From assembly GCF_034519795.1 (NCBI RefSeq), contig NZ_JAXHOB010000022.1, positions 8,650-72,649 of the forward strand: 64,000 bases of DNA, written 5' to 3'. Under the pieces are notes generated by a model that saw nothing but the letters and a program-made list of their open reading frames with translations, was not told the origin of the DNA and searched no databases. Positions within the stretch are counted from its first letter, which is position 1; the number at the start of each line of letters is the position of its first letter. Origin of the DNA: Acidovorax sp. GTDB lineage: Bacteria; Pseudomonadota; Gammaproteobacteria; Burkholderiales; Burkholderiaceae_C. Of the stretch, positions 22,584 to 32,535 are shown in pieces. The translations under genes were made by a program, and so were the position numbers.

Positions 22584-23114
22584 ATGCCTGTGACAAAGCA
22601 TTTGCACCTGCGCTACAGCATCGCGCTGGGCGCATGCCTGGGCGCCCCGGCCTTTGCCGCTGGCCTGGGCGTGGGCGTGGAGATCCCGCGCCTGGACGTG
22701 GCCGAGTACCACCGCCCCTACGTGGCGATGTGGGTCGAGCGTGCCGACAACTCGGTGGCATCGACCCTGGCCGTCTGGTACGACGTGAAGATGAAGAACG
22801 ACGAGGGCGCCAAATGGCTCAAGGACCTGCGCCAGTGGTGGCGCCGCGCGGGCCGTGAGCTCACCGTGCCCATCGACGGCGTGACCAGCCCCACGCGCCC
22901 CGTGGGCAGGCACCAGGTGGCTTTCAATGAAGGCACCAGGCAACTGGCCACGCTGCCCGCCGGCAGCTACAAGCTGGTGGTCGAGGCCTCGCGCGAGGTC
23001 GGTGGCCGCGAGCTGGTGACGATTCCCTTCACCTGGCCTGCCGCCAAGGCCCAGCAGCTCAGTGCCAAGGGCAGCAGCGAGCTGGGCGAGGTCACCCTCG
23101 ACCTCAAGCCCTGA
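22584..23114 (+). CDS. DUF2271 exported protein (putative flavinylation substrate)
   Basis: Signal peptide, EYHRPYVAMW, KWLKDLRQWWR, DGVTSPTR, VEASREVGGRE. Confidence 0.85.
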   Translation: MPVTKHLHLRYSIALGACLGAPAFAAGLGVGVEIPRLDVAEYHRPYVAMWVERADNSVASTLAVWYDVKMKNDEGAKWLKDLRQWWRRAGRELTVPIDGVTSPTRPVGRHQVAFNEGTRQLATLPAGSYKLVVEASREVGGRELVTIPFTWPAAKAQQLSAKGSSELGEVTLDLKP

Positions 23115-23143
23115 ACCCTTTGACGAATACCCGGAGACTTTCC

Positions 23144-23944
23144 ATGCAACTCAAGACCCGTATCGCCGCCTGCATCGCCCTGCTGTGCGGTGCCTTCTCG
23201 GCCCAGGCCCACAACGTGTGGCTGCTGCCATCGACCACCGTGCTCTCCAAGGCCGAGTGGATCACCGTGGATGCCGCCGTCTCCAACGACCTGTTCTTCT
23301 TCAACCACTTCCCGCTGGGCCTGGACAACCTCGTGGTGGTGGCACCCGATGGCTCGGCCGCCAAGCCCGAGAACGCGCACCGCGGCAAGCTGCGCAGCGT
23401 GTTCGACCTGAACCTCACACAGACCGGCACCTACCACCTGGCCGTGGTCAGCAGCGGCCTGAACGCCAGCTACAAGGACAAGGCCGGCCAGCCCAAGCGC
23501 TGGCGCGGCACGGCCGAGAAGTTCGCGGCCGAAGTGCCTGCCGACGCGCAGGACCTGAAGGTCACGCAGTCCGCAGGCCGCATCGAGACCTTCGTGACGG
23601 TGGGCAAGCCCAGCGCCATCAAGCCCACGGGCCAGGGCCTGGAGCTGGTGCCCGTGACGCACCCCAACGACCTCGTGAAGGGCGAGAAGGCCACGTTTGC
23701 CTTCCACGTGGACGGCAAGCCCGCCGCCAACCTCGACGTGGTGCTGGTGGCGGGTGCCACGCGCTACCGCGACAAGATCGGCGAGATCAAGGCCACCACC
23801 GATGCCAAGGGCGAGTTCAGCGTGACCTGGCCCGCCGCCGGCATGTACTGGGTGGATGCCGATGCCAAGGACGAGAAGACCTCGCTGCCCCAGGCCAAGG
23901 AACGCCGCCTGTCGTACGTGGGCACGCTCGAAGTTTTGCCTTGA
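23144..23944 (+). CDS. DUF4198 periplasmic protein
   Basis: Signal peptide ending AQA|HNVWLLP, GLELVP.THPNDL, TDAKGEF; RBS GGAG. Confidence 0.85.
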   Translation: MQLKTRIAACIALLCGAFSAQAHNVWLLPSTTVLSKAEWITVDAAVSNDLFFFNHFPLGLDNLVVVAPDGSAAKPENAHRGKLRSVFDLNLTQTGTYHLAVVSSGLNASYKDKAGQPKRWRGTAEKFAAEVPADAQDLKVTQSAGRIETFVTVGKPSAIKPTGQGLELVPVTHPNDLVKGEKATFAFHVDGKPAANLDVVLVAGATRYRDKIGEIKATTDAKGEFSVTWPAAGMYWVDADAKDEKTSLPQAKERRLSYVGTLEVLP

Positions 23945-23971
23945 CCTTTTGCCGCTGAGGTTTCTGCGCGC

Positions 23972-25060
23972 ATGAATATCCAGGTGCAGTACGGGCAGGG
24001 GTTCGGGCGCACAGCCGTTGCTGCGGCGCCTCTTCCTGCCCTGGCATCGTTCGGCGGGGCTGGCCATGCCGCCCCGCATGCACCCGTGCGCGCTGCCGAC
24101 CCTGCTGTCTTGCAGACCCTGGTCGGCGAGGCCATGGGCACCACCTGGTCCGTGCGCCTGTGCAATCCGCAGTTCACACCGCTCGCGCCGGTGCGCGCAG
24201 CCATCGAAGAAGCCCTGGCCCTGGTCGTGCGGCAGATGAGCAACTGGGAGCCCGAGTCGGAGGTCTCGCGCTTCAACCGCGCGCCGGCGGGCAGCTGGCA
24301 TGCGCTGTCGCCCGCGTTCTTCACCGTGCTGCAGGCCGCGCAGCACTGGGCGCTGGCCAGTGGCGGCGCCTTCGACGTGGGCGTGGGGGCGCTGGTGGAC
24401 CGCTGGGGCTTTGGCCCACGGCCCGATGCGCAGGCTGACCATGTGGCGCCCGCCAGGATGCCCTCGGTGCAGGAGCAGCAGGCCCTGCGTCCGCACCGCG
24501 CGGGCCTGGCGCTGCGCGACGCGGGCTTGCAGGCGCTGCAGCCGGGCGGCCTGCAATTGGACCTGTCGGGTATTGCCAAGGGCTATTCGGTGGACCTGGT
24601 GGTGGACAGCTTGCGTGCGCAGGGCTGGACGGATTTCCTGGTGGAGGTGGGCGGTGAGCTGCGCGCGAGCGGCACGCGCCCCGGCGGCCAGCCCTGGCGC
24701 GTGGCCGTGGCGGCCGAGGCAGCAGGCACGGCCCGGGCGCTGCCGCTCCAGGACATGGCGGTTGCCACGTCGGGCGACCACTGGCATGCCTTTGAGCACG
24801 GGGGCCGCCGGTATTCGCACACCATCGACCCACGCACCGGAGAGCCGGTGGCACACGCCCTGGCCAGCGTGACCGTGCTGCACGCCGAGTGCATGCATGC
24901 CGATGCCCTGGCCACGGTGCTCACCGTGCTGGGGTCCGTCGAGGGCCTGGCCTTTGCCACAGGGCAGGGCGTGGCCGCGCTGCTGTGCGAACGCTCGCAC
25001 CAGGGGGCTCAGTGGACTGCGACCCCGGCATGGCGCGAGCGCTTTCCCGAATTTCAATGA
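23972..25060 (+). CDS. apbE: FAD:protein FMN transferase
   Basis: AMGTTW, SEVSRFN, SGGAFD, LDLSGIAKGYSVD, VEVGGE, AVATSGD, YSHTIDPRTG, ADALAT. Confidence 0.92.
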   Translation: MNIQVQYGQGFGRTAVAAAPLPALASFGGAGHAAPHAPVRAADPAVLQTLVGEAMGTTWSVRLCNPQFTPLAPVRAAIEEALALVVRQMSNWEPESEVSRFNRAPAGSWHALSPAFFTVLQAAQHWALASGGAFDVGVGALVDRWGFGPRPDAQADHVAPARMPSVQEQQALRPHRAGLALRDAGLQALQPGGLQLDLSGIAKGYSVDLVVDSLRAQGWTDFLVEVGGELRASGTRPGGQPWRVAVAAEAAGTARALPLQDMAVATSGDHWHAFEHGGRRYSHTIDPRTGEPVAHALASVTVLHAECMHADALATVLTVLGSVEGLAFATGQGVAALLCERSHQGAQWTATPAWRERFPEFQ

Positions 25061-26451
25061 ACTTTTCTGATCCCGCTGTGCGGCTGGCCGCTGCCGCCGC
25101 CCTGGTGCTGCTCTACACGGCCCTGTGCGCCGCCATCTGGCTGCGCGAGCGGCGCAGGCAACGGGCGCAGGCCGCACAGGCCCTGGCACTTGCATCGGCG
25201 CGCGAAGGTGTGCAGCCGCTGCTGGTGGTGTACGCCAGCCAGACTGGCCAGGCCGAGGAACTGGCGCGCGAGACGGCGCGCCTCTTGCACACGGCCGGTG
25301 AGCCCGTGCACCTGTGTGCGCTCGACAAGCTCGACGCGGCTTTGCTTGCACGCAGCCGGCGCGCGCTGTTCCTGGCCAGCACCTACGGAGAGGGCGATGC
25401 GCCCGACAATGCCGCAGCCTTCCAGCAGGGGTGCATGGGGGCCAGCGATGACGGTGCGCCAGACCTGTCGCAACTGCAGTACGGCCTGTTGGCCCTGGGC
25501 GACCGCCAGTACGCCCACTTCTGCGGCTTTGGCCGCCAGCTCGACGCATGGCTGCGGGCGTGCGGTGCGGTGCCGCTGTTCGAGCGCGTGGAGATGGACA
25601 ACGGCACGCCGGCGGCCCTCACGGCCTGGCAGCACCAACTGGCGCAGGTATCGAGCCTGAGCGAGCTGCCCGCGTGGGAGGTACCCGCCTTCGAGCAGTG
25701 GGCCCTGGCTGCGCGCAGCCACCTGAACCCCGGCAGCGAGGGGGCTCCCGTGCACCTCGTGGAGCTGGCGCCACCCGCTGGCGCGGCGGCTGTTTGGGAG
25801 TCGGGCGACCTGGTGCAGCTGTGCGTGCCCGGCGACATGAAGCACCCGCGCGAGTATTCGATCGCTTCGCTCGCCAGCGATGGCCGCGTGCACCTGGTGG
25901 TGCGCCAGGCCACACGCGAGGATGGTACGCCGGGCCTGGCATCGCACTGGCTCACTGCGGGTGCGCAGGTGGGCGCTGCGGTGCCCATGCGCCTGCGCGC
26001 ACACCGCAATTTCCGGCTCGAAGACAACGCCGCGCGCCCGCTGATCCTGGTGGGCAATGGCACGGGCATCGCCGGCCTGCGCAGCCACCTGCGGGCCCGG
26101 GCGCAGACAGGGGCCGGGCCCAACTGGCTGCTGTTCGGCGAGCGCAACGCTGCGCACGATTTCCTCTTTCGCGACGAGCTCACCGCCTGGCAGGCGGCTG
26201 GTGTGCTCACGCGGCTGGACCTGGCTTTCTCGCGCGACGACCCGGCCCACAAAGTCTATGTGCAGGACCTGCTGCAGGCGCAGGCCGCCACCGTGCGTGC
26301 CTGGGTCGAGGAGCAGGGCGCGGCCATCTACGTGTGCGGCAGCCTGCAGGGCATGGCGCAGGGGGTGGACATGGCCCTCACGGGTTTGTTGGGACCTGCG
26401 CCCATGGCCGAGCTGGTGCGCAGCGGGCGCTACCGGCGCGATGTGTACTGA
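25057..26451 (+). CDS. Membrane-anchored diflavin oxidoreductase (flavodoxin + FNR domains; CysJ-like)
   Basis: N-terminal TM helix, YASQTGQA, STYGEGDAPDNA, REYSIAS, LVGNGTGIAG, FSRD, IYVCGS, RYRRDVY; ATGA overlap with apbE. Confidence 0.9.
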   Translation: MNFSDPAVRLAAAAALVLLYTALCAAIWLRERRRQRAQAAQALALASAREGVQPLLVVYASQTGQAEELARETARLLHTAGEPVHLCALDKLDAALLARSRRALFLASTYGEGDAPDNAAAFQQGCMGASDDGAPDLSQLQYGLLALGDRQYAHFCGFGRQLDAWLRACGAVPLFERVEMDNGTPAALTAWQHQLAQVSSLSELPAWEVPAFEQWALAARSHLNPGSEGAPVHLVELAPPAGAAAVWESGDLVQLCVPGDMKHPREYSIASLASDGRVHLVVRQATREDGTPGLASHWLTAGAQVGAAVPMRLRAHRNFRLEDNAARPLILVGNGTGIAGLRSHLRARAQTGAGPNWLLFGERNAAHDFLFRDELTAWQAAGVLTRLDLAFSRDDPAHKVYVQDLLQAQAATVRAWVEEQGAAIYVCGSLQGMAQGVDMALTGLLGPAPMAELVRSGRYRRDVY

Positions 26452-26471
26452 ATCCACAGAACACGAATGGT

Positions 26472-26490
26472 AATGAAAACGATTTCCGTT
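26472..26490 (+). promoter_or_regulatory. Putative Fur box upstream of TonB-dependent receptor
   Basis: AATGAAAACGATTTCCGTT within an AT-rich island in a high-GC context. Confidence 0.5.
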
Positions 26491-26628
26491 ATTAATTGAT
26501 ACAGTCGCGTTACAGATGGCGCCTGCCGCCATCACCGACCGTCGTTGAGCCGCAGAACAAAACATTTCAGAGCGCGTGGCACGGACCGTTTCCGCCGTTT
26601 CCATCGTTGTTCCTGGAGTGTTTTTCAC

Positions 26629-28795
26629 ATGCCCATCCGCCTGCCTGCCGGTGCCTGTCCGCTGCGCCTTTCGTCCCTTTCTCTGCTGGTCGCCGCCGTG
26701 TGCGCGGGGGGCTCCGCCCTGGCCCAGGAGCCCGCCACGGCGCAGTTGCGCGAGGTGGTCGTCTCCGCGTCGGGCTTCGAGCAGGACATCAAGGAGGCGC
26801 CCGCTTCCATCACCGTGATCACGCGCAAGCAACTGGAGCAGAACCGCTTCAACAGCCTGGCGCAGGCGCTCGAGGACGTGGAGGGGGTGGACATCGGCAC
26901 GGCCACCGACAAGTCGGGTGGCCTCAACATCAGCATCCGCGGCATGCCCAGCGACTACACGCTGATCCTGATCGACGGGCGCCGCCAGAACGCGGCCGGC
27001 AACGTCACGCCCAACGACTTCGGCGGCACGCAGACCAGCTTCATGCCGCCGCTGTCGGCCATCGAGCGCATCGAGGTCATCCGCGGGCCCATGTCCACGC
27101 TGTACGGCTCGGACGCCATGGGCGGCGTGGTCAACATCATCACGCGCAAGGTCGGCAAGACCTGGGCGGGCTCGGTCACGGCGGACTACGCGCTGCAGGA
27201 AGAGGCCGATTTTGGCGACACGCGTTCGGGCAACTTCTACCTGAGTGGTCCGATCCAGCAGGACATGCTGGGCCTGACCGTGCGTGGCAGTACCTTCCGC
27301 CGCGGCGCGTCGGACATCCGCTACACCACGCAGGCGGGCAGCGAGGTGGTGCCCATCATGGGTGCCAACCCCGTCAAGTCCGAGGTCAACACCCTGGGCG
27401 CGCGCCTGGCGCTCACGCCCAACAAGTACCACGACCTTGTGCTCGACCTGGACACGGGCCGCCAGACCTACGACAACTCACGCGGTCAACTGGGCACGCT
27501 CGGTGTGCAGGGCGGCTACGCTCCCGAGCAGAAGTACCACCGCGACCAGGTCACGCTGGCCCACACCGGCCGCTACGGTTTTGGCACCTGGGACACGAGC
27601 TACATGGTCAACCGCACCGGGACCATCGGCCGCACCATCCCGCCCGGCACGCCCGGTGCGGTGCAGGGCACGGCGCGTTCGCTGGAGGTAGAGAGCAAGG
27701 TGCTGGACACCAAGCTCATGCTGCCCTGGGGCAGCAATCATTTGACCACCGTGGGCGGCCAGTGGTGGGACGCCGAGATGAAGGATGGCGTGGCCCCCGG
27801 CACGTTTGCCTTCACGCAGAAGGCCGTGTTCGCCGAGGATGAGTGGAGCGTGCTGCAGAACTTCAAGCTCACGCTGGGCGCGCGCTACGACAACCACAGC
27901 ATCTTCGGCGGCAAGGTCAGCCCGCGCGTGTACGGCGTGTGGAACGCCGCGCCGCAGTGGACCGTGAAGGGCGGTGTAAGCAACGGCTACAAGACGCCGC
28001 GCGTGGAGCAACTGGCGCCGGGCATCAACGGCTTTGGCGGCCAGGGCACGATTCCCCTGGTGGGCAGCCCGGGCCTGAAACCCGAGACCAGCCGCAGTAC
28101 CGAGCTGGGCGTGTACTTCGACAGCCCCGGTGGCTTTGCGGCCAGCGCCATGCTGTTCAACAACGACTTCAAGGACAAGATCACCAGTGGCCCCGGCCTG
28201 CTCAACTGCAGCTACAGCGTGGCGCCCAGCCGCCCCGGCTGCGTGAGCTTCGGCAATTGGCCGCGCGTGGATGCGTTTGGCCAGTCCATCAATGTGGACG
28301 AGGCCGTGACGCGCGGGCTCGAACTGAGCACCCGCATTCCGATCGCCAAGGCCTGGTCGGCAACTGCCAACTACACCTACACGAAGAGCGAGCAAAAAAG
28401 CGGGCCCAACCTGGGCAAGCCGCTGATGGATACGCCCGAGCATGCCTTGAATGCGCGGCTGAACTGGGAGCCTTCGCGGCAGTGGAATGTGTGGCTGCGC
28501 GCGGAGTTCCGCAGCGAGCGTTTCCGGGATCCGGGCACGACTGCGGACACTCGGGCTGCGAAGGCAGCGTTGGGGGACTTCAAGGCGTACACGCAGTTCC
28601 ATGTGGGGGGGCAGCTACAAGGTGACGCCGCAGTTCACGATCAATGCGGCTGTGTACAACCTGTTCAACAAGGATTTTGTAGAGTACACGGCGTATACGG
28701 TGCCGGGGTCGCCTGCGGTGACGAACTATCGGAATCTTTATACGAACAGCCAGGATGGACGGCGTCTTTGGCTTTCGGCTACTTACGAGTTCTGA
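26629..28795 (+). pseudogene. TonB-dependent receptor (CirA/IrgA-like) with +1 frameshift at G7 run 28605-28611
   Basis: TonB box EVVVSA, APASITVIT, IEVIRGPMSTLYGSDAMGGVVNII; the expected C-terminus (VYNLFNKD...GRRLWLSATYEF) lies in another frame and is restored by deleting one G. Could be a sequencing error. Confidence 0.85.
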
Positions 28796-28835
28796 TTGCG
28801 TGATTGGGGTTGTCGCTTCGCTCTGATGGGGCCTG

Positions 28836-29580
28836 CTTTGTTGAAGGGCGGAGGCCGGGATGTGCGCCCGGCGGCGCACCTACTTTCTTTTTGCGCAAAA
28901 AGAAAGTAGGCAAAGAAATAGCGCCCCGCTGTCTGCGTCCCTTCGCTTCGCTGCGGGCAACCTGCGATGCTCGGATCTGGGGTGGTGCCGATGAACTCGC
29001 TGCGTTCCCCCTGCGGGTGAACTCCGCTCAAACAGCATCGGCAAGCCAGATGACGAAGCGTGTGTGTCCTTCGGCACACACGCCCACCCCAGCTCCTGCG
29101 CTTCTCGGCGCAGCCAGAAGGGGTGGGAGCGGGGTCACGGACGGCTGCTGCTTCGCAGCTGCGCCTCGGGTCGGTTCGCGCTGTGCGCTGCCGACGGGCT
29201 GGGCGCGATCACTCGGCCCAGGCCAAGCGCAGCGAAGGCACACCGGGCCGAGCGAAGCAATGGCCCGTGTGGAGCCCGCTCCCACCCCCTTCTGACCGTG
29301 CCGAGAAGCGCAGGGCCTGGGGTGAGCGCGTGCCGAAGGACACGCGCCTCGTCATCTGACTCGCCGAAGCTGTTTGACCGGAGCTGCCTCGCAGAGGCAG
29401 CGCAGGGAGTTCTTCGGCGTCACCCCAGGACCGAGCATCGCAGGCTGCCCCCAGCGCCCGACAGGGCGATGGGGGACACGGGCAGCGGGGTCGTCTTTTC
29501 TTGGCCTACCTTCTTTTGACGACGCAAAAGAAGGTAGGTGCGCCGCCGGGCGCACATCCCGGCCTCCGCCCTCAACAAAG
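28836..29580. repeat. ~745-bp quasi-palindromic structured intergenic repeat, copy 1 (arm A - centre - arm B)
   Basis: Terminal IR CTTTGTTGA(A)GGGCGGAGGCCGGGATGTGCGCCCGGCGGCGCACCTAC at both ends; arms ~28836-29134 and ~29275-29580; homologous to 61494-62240 in reverse orientation. Confidence 0.92.
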
Positions 29581-29609
29581 GCAAGAAGCCAGAAACGAAC
29601 CCTGAAGGA

Positions 29610-31409
29610 TCAAGGCAAATCCACCCGAACAATCCGATCCGTAGCCGGGGGAACGACAGCCCCCCCAGCAGCCGAAAAGTAAGACTCCAAAGCATCCAGA
29701 TCCTGCCCCGCCCCCAACCCATCCACGCCCTGCGTGAAGACAGTGAAGTTGTCCCCACCCGTAGCCAGAAAACTGCTCACCACCACCCGGTACACAGCAT
29801 CGGAGCGCAGCGGCTGCCCATTGAGCAACACCCCGCTCACCCGCTGCCCCGCAGGCAGCCGCAGGTCATACCGGTAGGTGAAGCCCTTGGAAACCGACAG
29901 CACCCGCGGGCTCTGCGCGGTGTTGGTGCCGCTGGCGAACTGCTGCTCCAGGATGGCTTTGACCTGCGCACCCGTGAATGACTGCACCATCAGGCTGTTG
30001 CCGAACGGCTGGGCCGTGAACATCTGGCCATAGCGCACTTGGCCGTCGGGCCCGGGCACCAGGGCGCCGCGCACGCCGCCGGGGTTCATGAAGGAGATCT
30101 GGGCATTCAGGCCCGGGCCCTGGGCCGCGAGCAACTGGGCGTCGGCGATCAGGTTGCCCATGGAGGTTTCGAGCGACGCAGCGGGCTCGCGCGAGACGGG
30201 GCCCGTGAGACGGCCTGCGGGGCGCTGGGCCTGGGGTTCGGCGGCGGCGCGGTAGCGCTCCACGATGGCATGCACGCCCTCATCGCGTGCGAAGACGGGG
30301 AAGCGCGGGTCCACGGCGAAGGTGGTGGGCCCGCTGGTGAAGCCCTCGCCCTGCACGATGACCTGGCGCGCGCTCTTGCGCACCACGCGGCGGGTGGCGG
30401 TGTCCACGCGCAGGCGGATGTCGGTGATGTGCGTGCCGTACTGGCCCGCACTGGTCAGCAGCAGCGGGTGGGCCGGGTTCACGCTGCCGTAGTCGCACAG
30501 GTAGGAGCGGTGCGTGTGGCCCGAGACCACCACGTCCACCGCAGGGTCGAGCCGCTCCAGGATGGGCACGATGTCGCCGCTCAGGCCCTTGCAGCTGGTC
30601 TCGCCCAGCGCCGCCTCGGTCTCGCCGCCCTCATGCACCATGACCACGATCACGTCGGCGCCCTGGGCGCGCAGTCCGGGGACCAGGGCGTTGACGGTGT
30701 CGGCCTCGTCCGCAAAGCGCAGGCCGGCCACGCCGGCGGGCGCCACCATGGCAGGCGTGCCGCGCAGGGTCAGGCCGATGAAGCCTACGCTGACCGTGAC
30801 GCCGCCTTCGGTGAAGCGCTTGATGCCGGTGGGCGGCAGCAGCGGGCGGCCGTCGTCGTGCGAGGTGTTGGCCGCCAGCAGGCCGAAGTTGGTGCCCGGG
30901 AAGGTCGGATTGAGCTGGCAGGGCTCGCGCACGGTGTGCTTTTCGCAGCCGCCGTTCTTCAGGCGCAGCAGCTCGCGCCAGCCCTTGTCGAACTCGTGGT
31001 TGCCCACGGCGTTGAAATCGATGCCCATGCGGTTGACGGCCTCGATGGTCGGCTCGTCGAGGAACAGTGCCGACACCAGGGGCGATGCACCCACCATGTC
31101 ACCGGCCGCCACCACCGCATGGTGTTTGTGGAGAGTCTTCAGATGCGCGATGGCGCTGGCCATGTAGGCCGCACCGCCGGCAGGCACGCGCGCCTGGCCG
31201 CTGCCGTCGGGTGCGGCCACGTTCAGTGCCATGCGCGGCGGCTCCAGATGGCCGTGCAGGTCGTTGAAGGCGATCAGGCCGATGTCGATGTGGGTGGGGG
31301 GCGCGGGTGGGGACGCGCAGCCTGCCAGCAGGGCGGCCGTTGCCAAGGCAGAAGCGGCCCATGCCAGCGGCCACTGGCGTGCAGCGCCCCGCGCTGCGGC
31401 CGCGCTCAA
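29610..31409 (-). CDS. Bifunctional metallophosphatase/5'-nucleotidase lipoprotein
   Basis: [40 protein letters not shown]; lipobox LLAGC; TTG start at 31409 overlapping aroC stop is inferred. Confidence 0.88.
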   Translation of the reverse strand: MSAAAARGAARQWPLAWAASALATAALLAGCASPPAPPTHIDIGLIAFNDLHGHLEPPRMALNVAAPDGSGQARVPAGGAAYMASAIAHLKTLHKHHAVVAAGDMVGASPLVSALFLDEPTIEAVNRMGIDFNAVGNHEFDKGWRELLRLKNGGCEKHTVREPCQLNPTFPGTNFGLLAANTSHDDGRPLLPPTGIKRFTEGGVTVSVGFIGLTLRGTPAMVAPAGVAGLRFADEADTVNALVPGLRAQGADVIVVMVHEGGETEAALGETSCKGLSGDIVPILERLDPAVDVVVSGHTHRSYLCDYGSVNPAHPLLLTSAGQYGTHITDIRLRVDTATRRVVRKSARQVIVQGEGFTSGPTTFAVDPRFPVFARDEGVHAIVERYRAAAEPQAQRPAGRLTGPVSREPAASLETSMGNLIADAQLLAAQGPGLNAQISFMNPGGVRGALVPGPDGQVRYGQMFTAQPFGNSLMVQSFTGAQVKAILEQQFASGTNTAQSPRVLSVSKGFTYRYDLRLPAGQRVSGVLLNGQPLRSDAVYRVVVSSFLATGGDNFTVFTQGVDGLGAGQDLDALESYFSAAGGAVVPPATDRIVRVDLP

Positions 31410-32503
31410 AGGAAGGACGCCTGGATGGGTGCCACCTCTCGCACCACGTCCGCACACTGGGCGCGGTTGCGCAAGGCATGCTCCATCACCACCAGCGCCA
31501 GCAGCGCCTCGGCGATGGGCGCGGCTCGGATGCCCACGCAGGGGTCATGGCGGCCCTTGGTGATCACCTCGGTAGGCTGGCCGTGGATATCGATGGACTC
31601 GCGCGGGCTGATGATGGAGCTGGTCGGCTTGATCGCGATCGACACCTCCAGGTCCTGCCCGGTGCTGATGCCGCCGAGCACGCCGCCGGCGTGGTTGGTG
31701 CGAAAGCCCTGGGGCGTCATGGAGTCGCCGTGCATGGTGCCGCGGTGGGCCACGCTCTCGAAGCCGGCGCCGATCTCCACGCCCTTGACGGCGTTCAGGC
31801 CCATCATGGCGTGGGCGATGTCGGCGTCGAGCTTGTCGTACAGCGGCTCGCCCAGGCCCACGGGCACGCCGCTGGCCGAGATGCGGATGCGCGCGCCGCA
31901 CGAATCACCGGCCTTGCGCAGCGCGTCCATGTAGTCCTCGTACTGCTGCACGTCGGCCACGGGGGCGAAGAAGGGGTTTGCGCGCACATGGTCCCAGCTC
32001 TCGAAGGCAATGGGCAGCTCGCCCAGTTGCGTCATGCAGGCGCGGAACTGCGTGCCGTACTGCTCGGCCAGCCATTTCTTGGCCACGGCGCCCGCAGCCA
32101 CGGTGGGTGCCGTCAGCCGCGCCGAGGAGCGGCCGCCACCGCGCGGGTCGCGGATGCCGTACTTGTGCCAGTAGGTGTAGTCGGCATGGCCCGGGCGAAA
32201 GCTCTCGGAGATGGCGCTGTAGTCCTTGCTGCGCTGGTCGGTGTTGCGGATCAAGAGCGCGATGGGGGTGCCGGTGGTCTTGCCTTCGTACACGCCCGAG
32301 AGGATCTCCACCGCATCGGGCTCGTTGCGCTGGGTCACGTGGCGGCTGGTGCCGGGGCGGCGGCGGTCCAGGTCGGCCTGGATGTCCGCCTCGGCGAGCG
32401 GCATGCCGGGCGGGCAGCCGTCGATCACGCAGCCAATGGCCGGGCCGTGGGATTCACCGAAGTTGGTGACTGCGAATAAGGTACCGATGGTGTTGCCGCT
32501 CAT
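31406..32503 (-). CDS. aroC: Chorismate synthase
   Basis: [36 protein letters not shown]. Confidence 0.97.
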   Translation of the reverse strand: MSGNTIGTLFAVTNFGESHGPAIGCVIDGCPPGMPLAEADIQADLDRRRPGTSRHVTQRNEPDAVEILSGVYEGKTTGTPIALLIRNTDQRSKDYSAISESFRPGHADYTYWHKYGIRDPRGGGRSSARLTAPTVAAGAVAKKWLAEQYGTQFRACMTQLGELPIAFESWDHVRANPFFAPVADVQQYEDYMDALRKAGDSCGARIRISASGVPVGLGEPLYDKLDADIAHAMMGLNAVKGVEIGAGFESVAHRGTMHGDSMTPQGFRTNHAGGVLGGISTGQDLEVSIAIKPTSSIISPRESIDIHGQPTEVITKGRHDPCVGIRAAPIAEALLALVVMEHALRNRAQCADVVREVAPIQASFL

Positions 32504-32535
32504 GGGACCGATTATCCCAGAGTGGCGGAACCTGT

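Noticed and set aside
28836-29580. Possible CRISPR array, tRNA or hammerhead ribozyme in the repeat
   Set aside because: No regularly spaced direct repeats or cas genes, no cloverleaf with T/D loops; CAGATGAC does not match the hammerhead CUGAnGA...GAAA core
28783-29981. Short ORFs within the palindromic repeats (likewise 61251-62432)
   Set aside because: No RBS or motif, reading frames not preserved between the two copies, no transposase signature; conservation follows base pairing rather than codons
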